Assembly: GCA_964016885.1 (NCBI GenBank) | Contig: OZ024752.1 | Location: forward strand, 23,312,001-23,376,000 | Reading direction: 5' to 3' | From: Eledone cirrhosa | Taxonomy: Eukaryota | Length of the DNA stretch: 64,000 bases | Part shown: positions 1-12,800 of the stretch, one piece after another | Numbering within the stretch: position 1 is the first letter of the stretch | Layout of the letters: every line of letters starts with the position of its first letter | The notes under the pieces: model-generated | Told to the model about the DNA's origin: nothing | Seen by the model: only the letters and a program-made list of their open reading frames with translations | The model's database searches: none | Made by a program: the position numbers and the translations under genes

Positions 1-3000
1 ACTGTCATTCTATCTGACGTTCTAACGACTGTCATTCTATCTGACGTCCTAGCGACTGTCATTCTATCTAACCTTCTAGCGACTGTTATTCTATCTAACG
101 TTCTAACAACTGTCATTCTATCTGACGTTCTAGGACCTGTCATTCTATCTGACGTTCTAACGACTGTCATTCTACCTGACATTCTAGCAACTGTCATTCT
201 ATCTAACGTTCTAACAACTGTCATTCTATCTGACGTTCTAGCGACTGTCATTCTATCTGACATTCTAACGACTGTCATTCTATCTGACGTTCTAGCGACT
301 GTCATTCTACCTGACGTTCTAGTGACTGTAACTTTATCTGACGTGCTAACGACTCCCATTCTACCTGACGTTCTAACAACTGTCATTCTATCTGACGTTC
401 TAACGACTGTCATTTTATCTGACGTTCTAACGACTGTCATTCTATCTGACGTTCTAACAACTGTCATTCTATCTGACGTTCTAACGACTGTCATTCTATC
501 TGACGTTCAAGCGACTGTCATTCTATTTCACGTTATAAAGACTGTCATTCTATCTGACATTCTAGCGATTGTCATTCTATCTGACGTTCTAACAACTGTC
601 ATTCTATCTGACGTTCTAACCACTGTCATTCTATCTGAGTTCTAACGACTGTCATTCTATCTGACATTCTATCTAACGTTCTAACAACTGTCATTATATC
701 TGATGTTCTAACGACTGTCATTCTATCTTACGTTCTAACAACTGTCATTCTATCTGACGTTCTAACGACTGTCATTCTATCTGATTTTCTAACGACTGTC
801 ATTCTATCTGACGTTCTAGCGACTGTCATTCTATCTGACGTCCTAGCGACTGTCATTCTATCTGACGTTCTAACCACTGTCATTCTATCTGACGTTCTAG
901 CGATTGTCATCCTATCTGACTTTATAACGACTGTCATTCTATCTGACGTTCTAACGACTGTCATTCTATCTGACGTTCTAGCGATTGTCATCCTATCTGA
1001 CGTTCTAACGACTGTCATTCTATCTGACGTTCTAACGACTGTCATTCTATCTGACGTCCTAGCGACTGTCATTCTATCTAACCTTCTAGCGACTGTCATT
1101 CTATCTGACGTTCTAACGACTGTCATTCTATATGACGTTCTAACAACTGTCATTATATCTGACGTTCTAATGACTGTCATTCTATCTGACATTCTAGTGA
1201 CTGTCATTCTATCTGACGTTCTAACCACTGTCATTCTATCTGAGTTCTAACGACTGCCATTCTACCTGACGTTCTAGCGACTTTCATTCTATGTGACGTT
1301 CTAACAACTGTCATTCTATCTGACGTTCTAAGGATTGTCATTCTATCTGACGTTCTAACCACTGTCATTCTATCTGAGTTCTAACGACTGTCATTCTATC
1401 TGACGTCCTAGCGACTGTCATTCTATCTGACGTTCTAACCAATGTCATTCTATCTGACGTTCTAGCGATTGTCATTTTCTCTGACGTTCTAGTGACTGTC
1501 ATTCTATCTGACGTTCTAACGACTGTCATTCTATCTGAAGTTCTAACGACTGTCATCCTATCTGATGTTCTAACGATTGTCATTCTATCTGACATTCTAA
1601 CAACTGTCATTCTATCTGACATTCTAGCGACTGTCATTCTATCTGACGTTCTAACGACTGTCATTCTATCTGACGTTCTAACAACTGTCATTCTATCTGA
1701 CGTTCTAACGACTGTCATCCTATCTGATGTTCTAACGATTGTCATTCTATCTGACATTCTAGCAACTGTCATTCTATCTAACGTTCTAAAAACTGTCATT
1801 CTATCTGACGTTCTAGCGACTGTCATTCTATCTGACGTTCTAGCGACTGTCATTCTATCTGACGTTCTAGCGACTGTCATTCTATCTGACGTTCTAACAA
1901 CTGTCATTCTATCTAACGTTCTAACGACTGTCATTATATCTGACGTTCTAGCGACTGTCATTCTATCTGAGATTCTAACCACTGTTATTCTATCTGACGT
2001 TCTAGCAACTGTCATCCTACGTGACCCTCTAGCGACTGTCATTCTATCTGACGTTCTAACCACTGTCATTCTATCTGACGTTCTAGCGACAGTCATTCTA
2101 TCTGAAGTTCTAACGACTGTCATTTTATCTGATGTGCTAACGATGCCATTCTATCTGACGTTCTAGCGACTGTAACTTTATCTGACGTGCTAACGACTGC
2201 CATTCTACCTGACGTTCTAGCGACTTTCATTCTATGTGACGTTCTAACAACTGTCATTCTATCTGACGTTCTAACGATTGTCATTCTATCTGACGTTCTA
2301 ACCACCGTCATTCTATCTGAGTTCTACCGACTGTCATTCTATCTGACGTCCTAGCGTCTGTCATTCTATCTGACGTTCTAACCAATGTCATTCTATTTGA
2401 CGTTCTAGCGATTGCCATTTTCTCTGACGTTCTAGTGACTGTCATTCTATCTGAGTTCTAACGACTGTCATTCTATCTGACGTCCTAGCGACTGTCATTC
2501 TATCTGACGTTCTAACCAATGTCATTCTATCTGACGTTCTAGCGATTGTCATTTTCTCTGACGTTCTAGTGACTGTCATTCTATCTGACGTTCTAACGAC
2601 TGTCATTCTATCTGACGTTCAAGCGACTGTCATTCTATTTCACGTTCTAAGTACTGTCATTCTATCTGAAATTCTAGCGACTGTCATTCTATCTGACGTT
2701 CTAACAACCGTCATTCTATCTGACGTTCTAATGACTGTCATTCTATATGACATTCTAGCAACTGTCATTCTATCTAACGTTCTAACCACTGTCATTCTAT
2801 CTGATGTTCTAGCGACTGTCATTCCATCTGACGTTCTAACGACTGTCATTCTATCTGCCGTTCTAACGACTGTCAATCTATCTGATTTTCTAACGACTGT
2901 CATTGTATCTGACGTTCTAGCGACTGTCATTCTATCTGACGTTCTAACAACCGTCATTCTATCTGACGTTCTAATGACTGTCGTTCTATATGACATTCTA

Positions 3001-6000
3001 GCAACTGTCATTCTATCTAACGTTCTAACCACTGTCATTCTATCTGATGTTCTAGCGACTGTCATTCCATCTGACGTTCTAACGACTGTCATTCTATCTG
3101 CCGTTCTAACGACTGTCAATCTATCTGATTTTCTAACGGCTGTCATTGTATCTGACGTTCTAGCGACTGTCATTCTATCTGACGTTCTAACAACCGTCAT
3201 TCTATCTGACGTTCTAATTACTGTCGTTCTATATGACATTCTAGCAACTGTCATTCTATCTAACGTTCTAACCACTGTCATTCTATCTGATGTTCTAGCG
3301 ACTGTCATTCCATCTGACGTTCTAACGACTGTCATTCTATCTGATGTTCTAACGACTGTCATTCTATCTGACGTTCTAACATCTGTCATTCTATCTGACG
3401 TTCTAACCACTGTAATTCTATCTGATGTTATAACGACTGTCATTCTATCTTACGTTTTAACAACTGTCATTCTATCTGACGTTCTAACGACTGTCATTCT
3501 ATCTGATTTTCTAACGACTGTCATTCTATCTGACGTTCTAGCGACTGTCATTCTATCTGAGTTCTAATGACTGTCATTCTATCTGACGTTCTAACCACTG
3601 TCATTCTATCTGACGTCCTAGCGACTGTCATTCTATCTGATGTTCTAACCACTGTCATTCTATCTGACGTTCTAGCGATTGTCATCCTATCTGACTTTCT
3701 AACGACTGTCATTCTATCTGACGTTATAACGACTGTCATTCTATCTGACGTTCTAGCGATTGTCATCCTATCTGACGTTCTAACGACTGTCATTCTATCT
3801 GACGTTCTAACGACTGTCATTCTATCTGACGTTCAAGCGACTGTCATTCTATTTCACGTTCTAAGGACTGTCATTCTATCTGAAATTCTAGCGACTGTCA
3901 TTCTGTATGACGTTCTAACAACCGTCATTCTATCTGACGTTCTAATGACTGTCATTCTACATGACATTCTAGCAACTGTCATTCTATCTAACGTTCTAAC
4001 CACTGTCATTCTATCTGATGTTCTAGCGACTGTCATTCCATCTGAAGTTCTAACGACTGTCATTCTATCTGCCGTTCTAACGACTGACATTCTATCTGAT
4101 GTTCTAACGACTGTCATTCTATCTGACGTTCTAACGACTGTCATTCTATCTTACGTTCTAACAACTGTCATTCTATCTGACGTTCTAACGACTGTCATTC
4201 TATCTGATTTTCTAACGACTGTCATTCTATCTGACGTTCTAGCGACTGTCATTCTATCTAAGTACTAATGACTGTCATTCTATCTGACGTTCTAACCACT
4301 GTCATTCTATCTGACGTCCTAGCGACTGTCATTCTATCTGATGTTCTAACCACTGTCATTCTATCTGACGTTCTAGCGATTGTCATCCTATCTGACTTTC
4401 TAATGACTGTCATTCTATCTGACGTTCTAACGACTGTCATTCTATCTGACGTTCTAGCGATTGTCATCCTATCTGACGATCTAACGACTGTGATTCTATC
4501 TGACGTTCTAACGACTGTCATTCTATCTGACGTTCTAACAACTGTCATTCTATCTGACGTTCTAATGACTGTAATTCTATCTGACATTCTAGCAACTGTC
4601 ATTCTATCTAACGTTCTAACAACTGTCATTCTATCTGACGTTCTAGCGATTGTCATCCTATCTGACTTTCTAATGACTGTCATTCTATCTGACGTTCTAA
4701 CGACTGTCATTCTATCTGACGTTCTAGCGATTGTCATCCTATCTGACGATCTAACGACTGTCATTCTATCTGACGTTCTAACGACTGTCATTCTATCTGA
4801 CGTCCTAGCGACTGTCATTCTATCTAACCTTCTAGCGACTGTTATTCTATCTAACGTTCTAACAACTGTCATTCTATCTGACGTTCTAGGACCTGTCATT
4901 CTATCTGACGTTCTAACGACTGTCATTCTACCTGACATTCTAGCAACTGTCATTCTATCTAACGTTCTAACAACTGTCATTCTATCTGACGTTCTAGCGA
5001 CTGTCATTCTATCTGACATTCTAACGACTGTCATTCTATCTGACGTTCTAGCGACTGTCATTCTACCTGACGTTCTAGTGACTGTAACTTTATCTGACGT
5101 GCTAACGACTCCCATTCTACCTGACGTTCTAACAACTGTCATTCTATCTGACGTTCTAACGACTGTCATTTTATCTGACGTTCTAACGACTGTCATTCTA
5201 TCTGACGTTCTAACAACTGTCATTCTATCTGACGTTCTAACGACTGTCATTCTATCTGACGTTCAAGCGACTGTCATTCTATTTCACGTTATAAAGACTG
5301 TCATTCTATCTGACATTCTAGCGATTGTCATTCTATCTGACGTTCTAACAACTGTCATTCTATCTGACGTTCTAACCACTGTCATTCTATCTGAGTTCTA
5401 ACGACTGTCATTCTATCTGACATTCTATCTAACGTTCTAACAACTGTCATTATATCTGATGTTCTAACGACTGTCATTCTATCTTACGTTCTAACAACTG
5501 TCATTCTATCTGACGTTCTAACGACTGTCATTCTATCTGATTTTCTAACGACTGTCATTCTATCTGACGTTCTAGCGACTGTCATTCTATCTGACGTCCT
5601 AGCGACTGTCATTCTATCTGACGTTCTAACCACTGTCATTCTATCTGACGTTCTAGCGATTGTCATCCTATCTGACTTTATAACGACTGTCATTCTATCT
5701 GACGTTCTAACGACTGTCATTCTATCTGACGTTCTAGCGATTGTCATCCTATCTGACGTTCTAACGACTGTCATTCTATCTGACGTTCTAACGACTGTCA
5801 TTCTATCTGACGTCCTAGCGACTGTCATTCTATCTAACCTTCTAGCGACTGTCATTCTATCTGACGTTCTAACGACTGTCATTCTATATGACGTTCTAAC
5901 AACTGTCATTATATCTGACGTTCTAATGACTGTCATTCTATCTGACATTCTAGTGACTGTCATTCTATCTGACGTTCTAACCACTGTCATTCTATCTGAG

Positions 6001-9000
6001 TTCTAACGACTGCCATTCTACCTGACGTTCTAGCGACTTTCATTCTATGTGACGTTCTAACAACTGTCATTCTATCTGACGTTCTAAGGATTGTCATTCT
6101 ATCTGACGTTCTAACCACTGTCATTCTATCTGAGTTCTAACGACTGTCATTCTATCTGACGTCCTAGCGACTGTCATTCTATCTGACGTTCTAACCAATG
6201 TCATTCTATCTGACGTTCTAGCGATTGTCATTTTCTCTGACGTTCTAGTGACTGTCATTCTATCTGACGTTCTAACGACTGTCATTCTATCTGAAGTTCT
6301 AACGACTGTCATCCTATCTGATGTTCTAACGATTGTCATTCTATCTGACATTCTAACAACTGTCATTCTATCTGACATTCTAGCGACTGTCATTCTATCT
6401 GACGTTCTAACGACTGTCATTCTATCTGACGTTCTAACAACTGTCATTCTATCTGACGTTCTAACGACTGTCATCCTATCTGATGTTCTAACGATTGTCA
6501 TTCTATCTGACATTCTAGCAACTGTCATTCTATCTAACGTTCTAAAAACTGTCATTCTATCTGACGTTCTAGCGACCGTCATTCTATCTGACGTTCTAAC
6601 CACTGTTATTCTATCTGACGTTCTAGCAACTGTCATCCTACGTGACCCTCTAGCGACTGTCATTCTATCTGACGTTCTAACCACTGTCATTCTATCTGAC
6701 GTTCTAGCGACAGTCATTCTATCTGAAGTTCTAACGACTGTCATTTTATCTGATGTGCTAACGATGCCATTCTATCTGACGTTCTAGCGACTGTAACTTT
6801 ATCTGACGTGCTAACGACTGCCATTCTACCTGACGTTCTAGCGACTTTCATTCTATGTGACGTTCTAACAACTGTCATTCTATCTGACGTTCTAACGATT
6901 GTCATTCTATCTGACGTTCTAACCACCGTCATTCTATCTGAGTTCTACCGACTGTCATTCTATCTGACGTCCTAGCGTCTGTCATTCTATCTGACGTTCT
7001 AACCAATGTCATTCTATTTGACGTTCTAGCGATTGCCATTTTCTCTGACGTTCTAGTGACTGTCATTCTATCTGAGTTCTAACGACTGTCATTCTATCTG
7101 ACGTCCTAGCGACTGTCATTCTATCTGACGTTCTAACCAATGTCATTCTATCTGACGTTCTAGCGATTGTCATTTTCTCTGACGTTCTAGTGACTGTCAT
7201 TCTATCTGACGTTCTAACGACTGTCATTCTATCTGACGTTCAAGCGACTGTCATTCTATTTCACGTTCTAAGTACTGTCATTCTATCTGAAATTCTAGCG
7301 ACTGTCATTCTATCTGACGTTCTAACAACCGTCATTCTATCTGACGTTCTAATGACTGTCATTCTATATGACATTCTAGCAACTGTCATTCTATCTAACG
7401 TTCTAACCACTGTCATTCTATCTGATGTTCTAGCGACTGTCATTCCATCTGACGTTCTAACGACTGTCATTCTATCTGCCGTTCTAACGACTGTCAATCT
7501 ATCTGATTTTCTAACGACTGTCATTGTATCTGACGTTCTAGCGACTGTCATTCTATCTGACGTTCTAACAACCGTCATTCTATCTGACGTTCTAATGACT
7601 GTCGTTCTATATGACATTCTAGCAACTGTCATTCTATCTAACGTTCTAACCACTGTCATTCTATCTGATGTTCTAGCGACTGTCATTCCATCTGACGTTC
7701 TAACGACTGTCATTCTATCTGCCGTTCTAACGACTGTCAATCTATCTGATTTTCTAACGGCTGTCATTGTATCTGACGTTCTAGCGACTGTCATTCTATC
7801 TGACGTTCTAACAACCGTCATTCTATCTGACGTTCTAATTACTGTCGTTCTATATGACATTCTAGCAACTGTCATTCTATCTAACGTTCTAACCACTGTC
7901 ATTCTATCTGATGTTCTAGCGACTGTCATTCCATCTGACGTTCTAACGACTGTCATTCTATCTGATGTTCTAACGACTGTCATTCTATCTGACGTTCTAA
8001 CATCTGTCATTCTATCTGACGTTCTAACCACTGTAATTCTATCTGATGTTATAACGACTGTCATTCTATCTTACGTTTTAACAACTGTCATTCTATCTGA
8101 CGTTCTAACGACTGTCATTCTATCTGATTTTCTAACGACTGTCATTCTATCTGACGTTCTAGCGACTGTCATTCTATCTGAGTTCTAATGACTGTCATTC
8201 TATCTGACGTTCTAACCACTGTCATTCTATCTGACGTCCTAGCGACTGTCATTCTATCTGATGTTCTAACCACTGTCATTCTATCTGACGTTCTAGCGAT
8301 TGTCATCCTATCTGACTTTCTAACGACTGTCATTCTATCTGACGTTATAACGACTGTCATTCTATCTGACGTTCTAGCGATTGTCATCCTATCTGACGTT
8401 CTAACGACTGTCATTCTATCTGACGTTCTAACGACTGTCATTCTATCTGACGTTCAAGCGACTGTCATTCTATTTCACGTTCTAAGGACTGTCATTCTAT
8501 CTGAAATTCTAGCGACTGTCATTCTGTATGACGTTCTAACAACCGTCATTCTATCTGACGTTCTAATGACTGTCATTCTACATGACATTCTAGCAACTGT
8601 CATTCTATCTAACGTTCTAACCACTGTCATTCTATCTGATGTTCTAGCGACTGTCATTCCATCTGAATTTCTAACGACTGTCATTCTATCTGCCGTTCTA
8701 ACGACTGACATTCTATCTGATGTTCTAACGACTGTCATTCTATCTGACGTTCTAACGACTGTCATTCTATCTTACGTTCTAACAACTGTCATTCTATCTG
8801 ACGTTCTAACGACTGTCATTCTATCTGATTTTCTAACGACTGTCATTCTATCTGACGTTCTAGCGACTGTCATTCTATCTAAGTACTAATGACTGTCATT
8901 CTATCTGACGTTCTAACCACTGTCATTCTATCTGACGTCCTAGCGACTGTCATTCTATCTGATGTTCTAACCACTGTCATTCTATCTGACGTTCTAGCGA

Positions 9001-9240
9001 TTGTCATCCTATCTGACTTTCTAATGACTGTCATTCTATCTGACGTTCTAACGACTGTCATTCTATCTGACGTTCTAGCGATTGTCATCCTATCTGACGA
9101 TCTAACGACTGTGATTCTATCTGACGTTCTAACGACTGTCATTCTATCTGACGTTCTAACAACTGTCATTCTATCTGACGTTCTAATGACTGTAATTCTA
9201 TCTGACATTCTAGCAACTGTCATTCTATCTAACGTTCTAA
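1..9240. repeat. Near-identical ~4.7-kb tandem duplication of array segment (copy 1 from <=1, copy 2 from ~4757)
   Basis: Identical or near-identical ORF pairs at offset 4756 (728/5484, 1365/6121), then 4621 (2120/6741, 2569/7190, 3567/8188, 4268/8889). The 135-bp change equals 5 monomers missing in copy 2 near 6575. Confidence 0.93.
2116..2222. repeat. Recurrent diverged 4-monomer cassette (representative copy): actgtcattttatctgatgtgctaacg / atgccattctatctgacgttctagcg / actgtaactttatctgacgtgctaacg / actgccattctacctgacgttctagcg
   Basis: It produces the recurring MPFYLTF / MASLAHQIK ORF ends in the track, for example at about 2120, 6741, 15161, 18311, 20089, 22463, 27441, 31423, 37019, 39737, 42133, 44790, 45999, 48656 and 62962. 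Confidence 0.88.
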
Positions 9241-12200
9241 CAACTGTCATTCTATCTGACGTTCTAGCGACTGTCATTCTATCTGACATTCTAACGACTG
9301 TCATTCTATCTGACGTTCTAGCGACTGTCATTCTACCTGACGTTCTAGTGACTGTAACTTTATCTGACGTGCTAACGACTGCTATTCTACCTGACGTTCT
9401 AACAACTGTTATTCTATCTGACGTTCTAACGACTGTCATTTTATCTGACGTTCTAACGACTGTCATTCTATCTGACGTTCTAACAACTGTCATTCTATCT
9501 GACGTTCTAACGACTGTCATTCTATCTGACGTTCAAGCGACTGTCATTCTATTTCACGTTATAAAGACTGTCATTCTATCTGACATTCTAGCGATTGTCA
9601 TTCTATCTGACGTTCTAACAACTGTCATTCTATCTGACGTTCTAATGACTGTCATTCTATCTGACATTCTATCTAACGTTCTAACAACTGTCATTATATC
9701 TGACGTTCTAGCGACTGTCATTCTATCTGACGTTCTAACGACTGTCATTCTATCTGACGTTCTAACAACTGTCATTCTATCTAACGTTCTAACGACTGTC
9801 ATTATATCTGACGTTCTAGCGACTGTCATTCTATCTGACATTCTAACCACTGTCATTCTATCTGACGTTCTAGCAAATGTCATGCTACGTGACCCTCTAG
9901 CGACTGTCATTCTATCTGACGTTCTAACCAGTGTCATTCTATCTGAGTTCTAACGACTGTCATTCTATCTGACGTCCTAGCGACTGTCATTCTATCTGAC
10001 GTTCTAACCAATGTCATTCTATCTGCCGTTCTAGCGATTGCCATTTTCTCTGACGTTCTAGTGACTGTCATTCTATCTGACGTTCTAACGACTGTCATTC
10101 TTTCTGACGTTCAAGCGACTGTCATTCTATTTCACGTTCTAAAGACTGTCATTCTATCTGAAATTCTAGCGACTGTCATTCTATCTGACGTTCTAACAAC
10201 CGTCATTCTATCTGACGTTCTAATGACTGTCGTTCTATATGACATTCTAGCAACTGTCATTCTATCTAACGTTCTAACCACTGTCATTCTATCTGATGTT
10301 CTAGCGACTGTCATTCCATCTGACGTTCTAACGACTGTCATTCTATCTGCCGTTCTAACAACTGTCATTCTATCTGATGTTCTAACGACTGTCATTCTAT
10401 CTGACGTTCTAACAACTGTCATTCTATCTGACGTTCTAACCACTGTCATTCTATCTGATGTTCTAACGACTGTCATTCTATCTTACGTTCTAACAACTGT
10501 CATTCTATCTGACGTTCTAACGACTGTCATTCTATCTGATTTTCTAACGACTGTCATTCTATCTGACGTTCTAGCGACTGTCATTCTATCTGAGTTCTAA
10601 TGACTGTCATTCTATCTGACGTTCTAACCACTGTCATTCTATCTGACGTCCTAGCGACTGTCATTCTATCTGACGTTCTAACCACTGTCATTCTATCTGA
10701 CGTTCTAGCGATTGTCATCCTATCTGACGTTCTAACGACTGTCATTCTATCTGCCGTTCTAACGACTGACATTCTATCTGATGTTCTAACGACTGTCATT
10801 CTATCTGACGTTCTAACGACTGTCATTCTATCTTACGTTCTAACAACTGTCATTCTATCTGACGTTCTAACGACTGTCATTCTATCTGATTTTCTAACGA
10901 CTGTCATTCTATCTGACGTTCTAGCGACTGTCATTCTATCTAAGTTCTAATGACTGTCATTCTATCTGACGTTCTAACCACTGTCATTCTATCTGACGTC
11001 CTAGCGACTGTCATTCTATCTGATGTTCTAACCACTGTCATTCTATCTGACGTTCTAGCGATTGTCATCCTATCTGACTTTCTAATGACTGTCATTCTAT
11101 CTGACGTTCTAACGACTGTCATTCTATCTGACGTTCTAGCGATTGTCATCCTATCTGACGATCTAACGACTGTCATTCTATCTGACGTTCTAACGACTGT
11201 CATTCTATCTGACGTTCTAACAACTGTCATTCTATCTGACGTTCTAATGACTGTAATTCTATCTGACATTCTAGCAACTGTCATTCTATCTAACGTTCTA
11301 ACAACTGTCATTCTATCTGACGTTCTAGCGACTGTCATTCTATCTGACATTCTAACGACTGTCATTCTATCTGACGTTCTAGCGACTGTCATTCTACCTG
11401 ACGTTCTAGTGACTGTAACTTTATCTGACGTGCTAACGACTGCTATTCTACCTGACGTTCTAACAACTGTCATTCTATCTGACGTTCTAACGACTGTCAT
11501 TTTATCTGACGTTCTAACGACTGTCATTCTATCTGACGTTCTAACAACTGTCATTCTATCTGACGTTCTAACGACTGTCATTCTATCTGACGTTCAAGCG
11601 ACTGTCATTCTATTTCACGTTATAAAGACTGTCATTCTATCTGACATTCTAGCGATTGTCATTCTATCTGACGTTCTAACAACTGTCATTCTATCTGACG
11701 TTCTAATGACTGTCATTCTATCTGACATTCTATCTAACGTTCTAACAACTGTCATTATATCTGACGTTCTAGCGACTGTCATTCTATCTGACGTTCTAAC
11801 GACTGTCATTCTATCTGACGTTCTAACAACTGTCATTCTATCTAACGTTCTAACGACTGTCATTATATCTGACGTTCTAGCGACTGTCATTCTATCTGAC
11901 ATTCTAACCACTGTCATTCTATCTGACGTTCTAGCAAATGTCATGCTACGTGACCCTCTAGCGACTGTCATTCTATCTGACGTTCTAACCAGTGTCATTC
12001 TATCTGAGTTCTAACGACTGTCATTCTATCTGACGTCCTAGCGACTGTCATTCTATCTGACGTTCTAACCAATGTCATTCTATCTGCCGTTCTAGCGATT
12101 GCCATTTTCTCTGACGTTCTAGTGACTGTCATTCTATCTGACGTTCTAACGACTGTCATTCTTTCTGACGTTCAAGCGACTGTCATTCTATTTCACGTTC

Positions 12201-12800
12201 TAAAGACTGTCATTCTATCTGAAATTCTAGCGACTGTCATTCTATCTGACGTTCTAACAACCGTCATTCTATCTGACGTTCTAATGACTGTCGTTCTATA
12301 TGACATTCTAGCAACTGTCATTCTATCTAACGTTCTAACCACTGTCATTCTATCTGATGTTCTAGCGACTGTCATTCCATCTGACGTTCTAACGACTGTC
12401 ATTCTATCTGCCGTTCTAACAACTGTCATTCTATCTGATGTTCTAACGACTGTCATTCTATCTGACGTTCTAACAACTGTCATTCTATCTGACGTTCTAA
12501 CCACTGTCATTCTATCTGATGTTCTAACGACTGTCATTCTATCTTACGTTCTAACAACTGTCATTCTATCTGACGTTCTAACGACTGTCATTCTATCTGA
12601 TTTTCTAACGACTGTCATTCTATCTGACGTTCTAGCGACTGTCATTCTATCTGAGTTCTAATGACTGTCATTCTATCTGACGTTCTAACCACTGTCATTC
12701 TATCTGACGTCCTAGCGACTGTCATTCTATCTGACGTTCTAACCACTGTCATTCTATCTGACGTTCTAGCGATTGTCATCCTATCTGACGTTCTAACGAC
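8700..12800. repeat. 2061-bp tandem duplication
   Basis: ORF pairs 8889/10950, 9554/11615, 10061/12122 and 10600/12661 all have offset 2061. Shared rare variants include gcaaatgtcatgctacgtgaccctcta (~9873/~11934). Boundaries are approximate. Confidence 0.92.

Noticed and set aside
4-18. Stable hairpin/cruciform or intrinsic terminator from GTCA-ttctatc-TGAC
   Set aside because: The stem is only 4-5 bp with a 7-nt loop, too weak, and there is no U-tract or gene context.
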